DNA from: Pecten maximus
Lineage: Eukaryota
Direction of reading: 5' to 3'
Assembly (NCBI RefSeq): GCF_902652985.1
Contig: NC_047028.1
Coordinates: forward strand, 37,386,001-37,450,000
DNA: 64,000 bases
In this document: in pieces, positions 63,451 through 64,000 of the stretch
How positions within the stretch are numbered: the stretch's first letter is position 1
How the letters are laid out: every line of letters begins with the position of its first letter
Program-made: the position numbers and the translations under genes
The notes under the pieces: model-generated
Seen by the model: the letters and a program-made list of their open reading frames with translations, nothing else
Database searches by the model: none
What the model was told of the DNA's origin: nothing

Positions 63451-64000
63451 TGTTGTTACAATCACTAATGTTCATGATGTCCCTAGCTTACTTATGTACA
63501 TAGCTTTTATTTTTCATCATGATCATCAACAACTGTTCATATTGATTTCATTTCTTGAGAAATATTCAGGATTTTTTTAATATATTCAATTCAGGAAAAT
63601 ATTTAGGTATCAAATTGTGAATTGATATAATTTTGTCAAAGGATTTTACTATGCCAGCCGAACCCTCTGTTTGATCTAGTTGAACTTTTGTTACACAATG
63701 CAACTTGTTGAAAATCACAATATTTTATGGGATCATGACCATGCTTGTGCCTTCGCCGTGTAAATACATGTAGAAACATCTAGATGTATGCACTTCGCTC
63801 GTGAAATGTTTGGTTACAGCATTTTTCTGTCAGAAAAAGAAGGGATAGCCAAATTTTTAAACAGAATTGTAGTCTCTGTTTTACATTCAAATTTCAACTT
63901 TTCTCTCAGAACTTGATCAGTTAAAGAAGTTACGCTTGTAGTCCCAACTCAGTTCTGTATTGTGATATGGTTGGTTCAGGTGTAGCCCACATTAATATTA

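Overview
AT-rich, intron-rich eukaryotic genomic DNA. It is probably a mollusc such as a bivalve; this is inferred from the repeat content, not shown directly. Three spliced host genes can be rebuilt by hand. (1) MPDU1 on the minus strand; its first 4 coding exons are present and the 3' end runs off the window start. (2) An 8-exon, 261-aa short-chain dehydrogenase of the bacterial D-3-hydroxybutyrate dehydrogenase type (plus strand, 7373-21249). (3) A 5-coding-exon, 195-aa Mtl/Mig-2-like Rho-family GTPase (plus strand, 50739-59195). Between them lies a nearly intact, spliced DDD transposase (Sola2-like, about 897 aa, one homopolymer frameshift) with 24-bp inverted repeats. Other mobile DNA includes tRNA-derived V-type SINEs, two miniature LTR elements (TRIMs) with tRNA-like LTRs, a Penelope GIY-YIG fragment with a minimal hammerhead ribozyme, and many MITEs with 2-, 3-, 4-, 5-, 6- and 8-bp TSDs. 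Most long ORFs in the supplied track are artefacts of tandem repeats. The most striking pattern is that several tandem arrays are amplifications of the host genes' own exon-intron junctions. The largest puts about 62 decoy splice acceptors in front of dehydrogenase exon 5, and decoy use would nearly always give a premature stop.
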